Assembly (NCBI GenBank): GCA_013265495.1
Contig: MU058482.1
Location: 62,001 to 92,276 of the forward strand
Reading direction: 5' to 3'
Length of the DNA: 30,276 bases
Origin: Vicugna vicugna
Taxonomy: Eukaryota
This document shows, piece by piece, positions 22,861-30,276 of the stretch. Every line of letters begins with the position of its first letter. The stretch's first letter is position 1. A program made the translations under genes and the position numbers. The notes beneath the pieces were generated by a model. The model saw nothing but the letters and a program-made list of their open reading frames with translations, did not search any database and was not told the origin of the DNA.

Positions 22861-23254
22861 AAGAAGATTTTTCCTCTGGGTTATCTTAACAGGTAGTCCT
22901 TATCGGCCTGTAATTTGTCAAAAGTAACCAAACTCTAGGCTTCTCTTTTCTCTGAACTTTTTGTATTCAGATTACAAACTCCTAACCTCTTGAGGGCCAT
23001 GTGACCCAGCACAGCAGAAGCAAATTACCACCCTAGCACATGATTCCTTTGTGCACAGCTTCATTCATCATTAAGAGAAAGCGCCGTGTGCAGGGAGGAT
23101 TCTTAACCTAGATTATAGTTAAGTACTTCACCAGGGCCCCAGGTGGGGAGATAGTCCATACAATTCACGTATTCTTTTCATTTCCAGCTGAATTAGTCTG
23201 TTATCTTAGGCCCAATTAAGGTGTTATCTTAGGCTCAATATAATAAATTCTTAT

Positions 23255-23430
23255 CATCTAAGAAATTTGGAGCTTGAAAAAGTCTCAGAGTCTACCTGCT
23301 GTAGCACATTCATTTTACAGGACAGAAAGCAGACACTCTAGAAGGATACATGACTTGCTAAGGTCACACAGCAAGTTTGTGATGGAACAGATCTAAAACT
23401 AGAAAGCTAGTCCTCTAGTGAAGAGTTTTT
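23255..23430 (-). mobile_element. MIR-family SINE
   Basis: CATTTTACAGGA...TGACTTGCTAAGGTCACACAGC. Confidence 0.6.
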
Positions 23431-24002
23431 CCAACAAAACCGTAAGAGGGTCTGCCACATGAAGACAAGGGTGGGGAAAAAATAAGAGTTTGCTTTAACT
23501 GAATTGTGGTTAGGAAAATAAGATGCCCTATTGTTTTTCCCTTTGAAATTTTGAAATATCTCTCAGAGTTTCCCTTTTCCCTCCATTCTGATTGCCATTG
23601 TTCTTATAAACTCATAATCCTAGTGCTACCAGTCTCCTTCCTTTGGCTTCCATATCCCAGGCATTCTCGTTTCTGATCTATCCTGGATATCACTGCCAAT
23701 TCATCTTCCTCAAAGAAAATCTTGTCCCACCCTATTCAATATAATACACTGCTGGGCTAAATTACCCATGCTGTATCAAGTGAAGGGAGATCTAATTATA
23801 TTTTTCTCCAAGTCTCTATTTAATGAGTCCAAAATAATTTGTTTAAATTTGTCTGATTCATTGGCTTATGCTCTCCTTTTAACCACATGGTCGTTTTCCT
23901 TAGATATAACAGATTTATTTCTGGGCTTTTTGCTATTGGTGTTTCATGAATCTTCCGGTTAATTATATATGTATTTTCACCTTTCTAGATAACCATGTCT
24001 AT

Positions 24003-24507
24003 ATAAATTGGAAAAACAAACTGTGATATATCTTCACGATAGAATAATATGCAGCAATAAAAGGGAATGAACCATTGATACGAGAAATGACATAAATGGG
24101 TCTCAAAACAATCATGTTGAGTGAGAAAAGCCAGACCAAAAAATAAAAACACAAGATCTTAAGGTAGCTCACAGAGAGAAAAATGTGACAATGAATATAT
24201 ATATGTTCATATATAACTGAAAAAAAGTGCTCTACACTGGAATTTAATACAACATTGTAAAATGATTATAAATCAATAAAAAGTGTTAAAAATAAAAATA
24301 AATAAAAAATTAAAAAAACAGTACATACTGTCCAGTTACATAAAATTCTAGGGATTCTGGGAAGGGCAACTGACTGATGGTGACAGAAAGCAGATCAATG
24401 GTTGCCTGGGAAAGGAAGATGGGGATGAGAAGGGGCATAATGAAGAATTACAAACAGTCACAAGAAAATCTGGAGGAGTGATGATTATGATCATTAATTT
24501 GTGGTGA
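24003..24507 (+). mobile_element. Old L1M 3' end with a nested young camelid-type L1 tail (~24152-24310)
   Basis: GCAGCAATAAAAGGGAATGAAC...GAGTGAGAAAAGCCAGAC [insert: GATCTTAAGGTAGCTCACAG...poly-A] CAGTACATACTGT...GAAAGCAGATCAATGGTTGCCTGGG. Confidence 0.75.
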
Positions 24508-26019
24508 AGAAGAGGAGTGTATAGTTAGGTATTCAAAATAAATAATTTGTTGATGAAATAAAGAATAGTATAGTAGCACAATCAGGCAACAGGACCAAGA
24601 TTTTTTTTAAATTTAAGTATAGGGAAGGTTTAAGCATGTTTATAGGCTGAGTGGGTTGATTCAGTGGGAATAAAATTGAATATATCAATGAATGAGGTGG
24701 TAAATGGTGGAGTACAGTACCAAGGGAGAATGGAAGATACTTATCTCAGAAATTCAGAACCTCCTATACACAAAGAATTTGGGAAATGGCCCCAGGTATA
24801 CAAGGCGCAGGTATATGTCTGAGTCTCCTTGGCAACTTCAAAGTATACATGCATTTGCCCAGGTGACTTTAACACCAATTCGACCACTAGGATGTTTTCC
24901 AAAAATATCTCCACTTTTCAAGAACTTCACTTTAAAGCGTCATCTTACTATAGCCCTTGAGCATAGACTGCATTTAGATCATAAATTCAGTTTAAAACCC
25001 TGTCAGATTTCTCTCAGTTCTAAGCACTGCTTTGCTATGTCACTCCACTTTGCTCTGCACCCAGAAGCAAAGGCATACATTAGTCTCTGAGCTCTTCTCA
25101 TATTATCTGTTACAGCACAGAATTATGTGCTACTCTGATTTTGTTCTGCCCCACCTAGGAGAGATGAGTTATCGGAGGGGACATTCTCATTTTGATGAGA
25201 AAAATTCTGGCCACGATAGGTCCATAAATTGAATGCCCCTGCTCCCCAACTTCGGTTGGATTTCTGGTATCAAAGAATGATATCATGAATGATGGACCTG
25301 AGGGTGCAGGAGATCGAGACTTTTGCCCTTTCCTGAAATATCATCAGGGAGGGGTGTAGAACTTTAAAGATATCAGGTCTGCATACCACTGAAGGAAGAC
25401 AAATTAAGATTTTAAGGAATAATGGAAAGATTAGCATGTGACTTTCATACAAAAGAATACTCATGAGTTGAAAGATAGCTAAAGTGAATGTGAACATTTT
25501 AGCATATTTAACTCTGCACTCAGCATCTCATCATCATAAAAACACACATGTTAGAGCTAGAAAATACCTACTACATCTAATATAACTTCCTGGCTTTTTG
25601 AACAAAGATTCTGAGAGCAAAAGGGTGACGGCAATCTATCAAAATCACACGTCTAGTGGAGGCAGGCTAGAACTCAGATTTCTTGACCATAATCAGACTC
25701 CACAGCCCAGGCACAGTCAGGAGATCTGTGCACCCCAAAACCTTGTTTGTTATCTCTAGCCTAGTTTTCAAGGACCCTTGCTAAATTCAGTAAGATAGTG
25801 AGATGAAGAAATTACTATAACTTCCTCACCACAATCTTCCATGTATCCATTAATATTTCACACAGTACACTCTCATAAACACATCATTTATTGAACATCT
25901 ACTAAAGAACAAGGTTTATATTTAATTGTATTTAATTTATTTAATTATTTAAGTAACTAAATTAGCTAAACTTTATTCCATTTATTTTTGTTATACATAC
26001 ACACTACACATATAGTTGT

Positions 26020-26200
26020 ATTAATGCATTTGTCTTCATATCAGTCCTATAAAATGGATTTACTACTTTCAATTTTCAGTAAGAAGAATGAAGATTGGAA
26101 ACATTGAAGCAAATTTCCCAAGATCACTCAATTAGTAAAAGGCAGACTCAAAAATCCAACTTTTGTGATATCGGTTTCCATAGTCTTCCCTCTTCCACAC
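26020..26200 (-). mobile_element. MIR SINE
   Basis: AATTTCCCAAGATCACTCAATTAGTAAAAGGCAGA MIR core. Confidence 0.5.
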
Positions 26201-27769
26201 TGCCATTTTCTCCCTTGTAAGCATCACTATAATTCTTACCTAAAAATACAGTATTTATATTTGCATGAATATTTGTATCCACAAATCCTGTAAATGTTTT
26301 TCAGTATCCAGAAGGTGAAACTAATAAAAGGAAAATTTTTCATTGCTAATGATTTTGTTTTCAAACCAGTTTGAAGACTTAGGATGGGAGCCTGGGGTTG
26401 GGGATGGGAGAATGGACTAGAATCATACTTTAATTTGCTTATTTCCATGGTTACTACAGATAAGCCCTTCATAAATGTTTCCAAGACTGTAGAAGTTGAT
26501 TAAAATATATTAGATTATATATACAATAGTGGAAATAATTTTCAGAGTGATGTCTTTTCTAAGGTGCATTTGTGGTCTCTACTAAGGGAATTAGTTTAGA
26601 TACCTCCTAAAGTGGGGTCAGAAACATTTAGCACAATTGTTATTGTTTGTTAACACTCCCACTTTATGTGCATTCCTATGTGCAATTAAGTGTCCCTAAA
26701 TAGAGTGATTGCCACATTAACAAGAAAGTGAACGTGTAACAACTGAACTCATTTAGCATCAGCACCCCACAGAGAGCAGTCCCAACACATAGTTTCTTCC
26801 CAGTTCCGGTTCTCATCTGTCTCGTTCTGGAGTGAGGCAGACTCCTTCATCATGGGAAACCAGCCAGACACAGTGATTCTAGAGAGACACGGATCTTTTC
26901 CATTTACACTAGAAAACAAGAGAATATTATCCTTCCCCAAGTCTCATTGGCTCACTCTGTCAGCAAGTGAGAAAAATTCCAAATTAAATGAATTCCTTCA
27001 GAGTTAGGACAAAGGTTTCTCTAAGCAGTGAATCTGTGGTTTTAAAATTGGTCATGGTTTTGTGTCACAGAGGCTATTCACACCACTATGGAGGAAAAAA
27101 AGGACCAAAACAGAGATAAGCATGTTTGTATTTGTTTCTGAAGTACATTTGTTTTAAGTTTAGATCAGAATATAACCTCGAGAAGCAGTCACAACTTAAA
27201 ATCATAGGATAATGTTAAAAGTTGAAAGACTGTAGTCTATTCTTTTCTCTTCCTCATTCTTCTCCTACAACATTTTAGAGAAAGCAAAGGCCAAATTTAA
27301 TCTGGTGGATTTTTATAGTAATATTGGCCAGTATAGTGGTGGTGGTGGTGGTGGTGCAAAAGAGAAAAGAGAATGAGAATATATGATAAGGAGCTAGAAA
27401 AACTACACCTATGAATGGGAGGGATAGCCTATATATAATTAGCCTGAAACTAGAGAAGCTTCTAAAGAATAAATTCTCATTTCTATCACAATAAATAAAG
27501 GGAACGATTTAGCCTCTTAACTGTAGATAAGGCAATAGCATCCTATGTCCCATAAAATAATATGAAGCTCCACTTTTTTCACAACAACTGGCATGTTATA
27601 TCTTCTCATTATTCTACACAATCAGGCAAATTCCAATTACATATTAAGTCTTCAATAATAATATTAATTAAGATTTGAAAATCTATAAACTAAATTGGAA
27701 GAAAAGCAATACAAAATATAACATCTTTCATTGTCCATATCATAACATTCAATACAAAAAGATTTTAAT

Positions 27770-27970
27770 ATCAGCATCAGTGTTGATGTGCTGACTGGAG
27801 CTCTAGCAGCTATCTTGGGCAACATGGACAAGGTCCACAGCCTAGAAACAGTGTATCAGAGACCTGGAAGGAGTCTGGGGAGGTCTCTGATTTCCTAATC
27901 ATCATACCATACCTGCAATGCCTACTCTCTAGACTTATTTTATATGAGAGAAATATAAAAATTCTATTCC
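27770..27970 (+). mobile_element. Old MaLR LTR fragment (MLT1J/K-like)
   Basis: CTGGAGCTCTAGCAGCTATCTTG...GGAAGGAGTCTGGG...GACTTATTTTATATGAGAGAAA. Confidence 0.5.
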
Positions 27971-28249
27971 ATTCAAAAAAATCATATCCCTGTTATGAGG
28001 CCTTCATTTGTTTATGTGCCTTCTGAGATTTCTGCTTTTCTACTTCCTTTACATGTCTATCTCACCTACATGCAAGAGCTAGGAATAGAAAAAGAGATAA
28101 AATGAAAATCTACACTTTACAAATGTAAGTAATGTTCATCTGGTTCAAAACCTCAAAAGTGTAAAAGGATAAAGGTTCTCCCTCCCACTCTGGCCTCCCA
28201 GACAACCAATTTCCATCCTCCATGTAAGTACATAAGGGTCTTAAATAGG

Positions 28250-28549
28250 TGTTCTGATCACCAATTCTAGTGTGTGTTTGAGAGCTGGAAGGGAAAGAAC
28301 TGTCCAAATCGGAGCCAACACAGGAGACAGTGTCAGATTCCACAAGATTGCCTCCCTTCTACTGCCCACCTCCTCCACTGTGGACATCAGTCACATGCCC
28401 AGGTCGTTGTACTTCTGACTGACTGGCTGTAACTCAGAGTTCTCACTACACCTGCCTTCCTTGGGTTTCATTAATTTACTAGAGCAGCTCACAGGACTCA
28501 GGAAACATTTAGCTGGCTAGGTATCACTTTATAATAAAAGGCTATAACT
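28250..28549. mobile_element. MER21-like LTR, interrupted by the L1
   Basis: GTACTTCTGACTGACTGGCTGTAA...CCTTGGGTTTCATTAATTTACTAGAGCAGCTCACAGGACTCAGGAAAC. Confidence 0.7.
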
Positions 28550-30276
28550 GAGAAGAGGCAAGGTGGCGGAGTAGAAGGACGCTCGTAAGTCACCCTCTCC
28601 CACAAATACACCAAGACCCACATCTAAGACCCACTCAGCCAACCAGAGCACCTGCGGAACTCCAACAGATCATCGCCCTCTTCAAAAGATAAAGACACCA
28701 AAAATCTCGTAGGAGAAAAGGAAAAAAGAAAGAACAAAAGGCAAAGCAGCGCGGGACAGGTCCCGCGGGGAGGGAGCGGCAAAGGAGGACTGGCGCTCGC
28801 TCGCTGGGTCTCCCCTCTCCAACTGAGAGGCCAGCGGGATGGAGGGGGCGCCTCCAAGGCTCGGATCTGTACAGAGCAGCCCTTGTCTGACAGAACTAAG
28901 TTAAACGGGCACAGAGTGTCCCCCCGACACCCAGCCTGAGACGCGGGCCGGCAGCAGCGGGCAGGGCCAGGCTGCACAAGCTGGGCGGAGGACGAGGGCG
29001 GCTGCACGGAGGCAGCTCCGGGGGACTGCAAGGGGCTGGGCGCCGGGGCTGTGGGTGTACAGGACAGAACAACCTGGGCCCTCCATAAAACAGCAAGGTT
29101 GAGGTGCTCTCAGGGGAAGGGTGCATACCCCCATCTCTGAAAACCCGCGGAAACTTTTCAGGGGAAGAGAGGCGGGGCCCAGGCAGAGCCGCCATATTCT
29201 CCGGTGCTTAGCACCCAGGTGGGGGCAGAGGCNNNNNNNNNNNNNNNNNNNNNNNNNNNNNNNNNNNNNNNNNNNNNNNGCACAAGCTGGGCGGAGGACG
29301 AGGGCGGCTGCACGGAGGCAGCTCCGGGGGACTGCAAGGGGCTGGGCGCCGGGGCTGTGGGTGTACAGGACAGAACAACCTGGGCCCTCCATAAAACAGC
29401 AAGGTTGAGGTGCTCTCAGGGGAAGGGTGCATACCCCCATCTCTGAAAACCCGCGGAAACTTTTCAGGGGAAGAGAGGCGGGGCCCAGGCACAGCCACCA
29501 TATTCTCCGGCGCTGAGCACCCAGGCGGGGGCGGGGGCGAAACCTGCATCCGCACAGAAGGGCTTAGCAGCCTCAAGGGCCAGACTGAGACCGGCCTACA
29601 GCCCGGGGCAGACAGGATCCTTCCATCTTGGTCCCTCAGAGAACTTGCTCCACAAAGACAAACAAGGAGCTGGGTCTTGGCTCAGAGCTGGGACGAGGCT
29701 GCCCCTCGGTCTTCCCCGAGCCCACAGGCGGAGCGCCGACCAGGGCGGACCGCGCAGCCGCACAGAGCAGCGGAGCTACCCGAGGCGCAGGCAGAGGGAG
29801 AGCGCCCCCTCCCCCCCGCCTGTCGGGCAGGAACACAGCCCCTGACCCAGGTGCTGGGAGGGGGCACGACCCGCCCTCCTGCCTGGCCAGTCTGCAACAT
29901 CTGACTGCGGCATCCGGAGGGGCAGTGACCCGCCCGTCCGAGCAGAGGAAAGCTGCATCTGACCCCGTGTTAGGAGGAGGCGCGATCTGCTTGCCGACAG
30001 GTGCTGGGAGCAGCACAGAAGAGGGCGCCAGTGGAGGGCCTCTGAAAACAAGCTGAGCTTCCAAAACAGGACGAAGACAGGACTTCACATTAAAAGCACA
30101 CAGACTCCAGGAGGACACCGACAACCCCCTTTTTTTGTTGTTGTTTTGTTTTGTTTTTTAAAATCTGTTTTTACCTGTTCTATTTTCAATTACTCTCTTA
30201 ATTTTTACTTCTTAATTCATTTCTATTTCTCTTGGGTTTTGATGTCCTGTTATTGATTAGACACAGGTTTCAAATA
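28550..30276 (+). mobile_element. 5' UTR of a young, 5'-intact L1 (continues beyond the window)
   Basis: Starts GAGAAGAGGCAAGGTGGCGGAGTAG (a variant of the CAAGATGGCG YY1-type L1 start); CpG-rich ~1.5 kb then a T-rich tract; putative left TSD AAAAGGCTATAACT at 28536-28549. Confidence 0.85.
29233..29279. other. Assembly gap (47 N)
   Basis: Run of N flanked by a ~259-bp direct duplication. Confidence 0.99.

Noticed and set aside
23812..23830. TTTAATGAGTC, resembling the end of the mouse H/P extended homeodomain site
   Set aside because: Isolated, with no adjacent Ebf-like site and in old-repeat-like context; weaker than the 22676-22860 cluster.
24704..25090. 128-aa ORF
   Set aside because: No recognisable domain; overlaps degraded DNA-transposon-like sequence.
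26868..26910. CACAGTG heptamer on the plus strand as an RSS or V relic
   Set aside because: No nonamer at 12 or 23 nt and no Ig-V motifs upstream in any frame I read.
18100..28550. TRAV1 (MAIT V-alpha) or olfactory receptor coding exons
   Set aside because: No TRAV1-like or 7-TM OR motifs (e.g. MAYDRY, KAFSTC) seen; by synteny they are expected right of the window.
28624..30124. Many overlapping 100-180 aa ORFs / apparent CpG-island gene
   Set aside because: Low-complexity Pro/Gly/Ala/Arg translations of a GC-rich L1 5' UTR, partly duplicated across the gap.
1..30276. CRISPR arrays, operons or other prokaryotic systems
   Set aside because: The sequence is mammalian, with introns, SINEs and LINEs; no repeat-spacer arrays are present.

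Overview
Mammalian genomic DNA, probably camelid (alpaca/camel-type tRNA-derived SINE and L1 ends), from the distal (5') end of the T-cell receptor alpha/delta (TRA/TRD) locus. Five V gene segments lie on the minus strand, in transcription order: TRAV2 (17609-18100), TRAV3 (11821-12252), TRAV4 (6009-6774), a heavily decayed TRAV relic missed by the ORF track (4659-5269), and a TRAV8-subgroup gene cut by the window edge (1-471). Each has a leader exon, an intron and a V exon, and a 23-spacer RSS where it falls inside the window. The rest is interspersed repeats (L1, L2, MIR, MaLR/ERV LTRs, MER5, a SINE). The window ends in the GC-rich 5' UTR of a young L1 that contains an assembly gap. The most notable non-coding signal is a ~190-bp cluster of four homeodomain + O/E(Ebf)-like composite motifs at 22676-22860, ~4.6 kb upstream of TRAV2. 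This is a candidate orthologue of the olfactory-receptor 'H element' enhancer. Repeat family names are by-eye recognition, not database matches.
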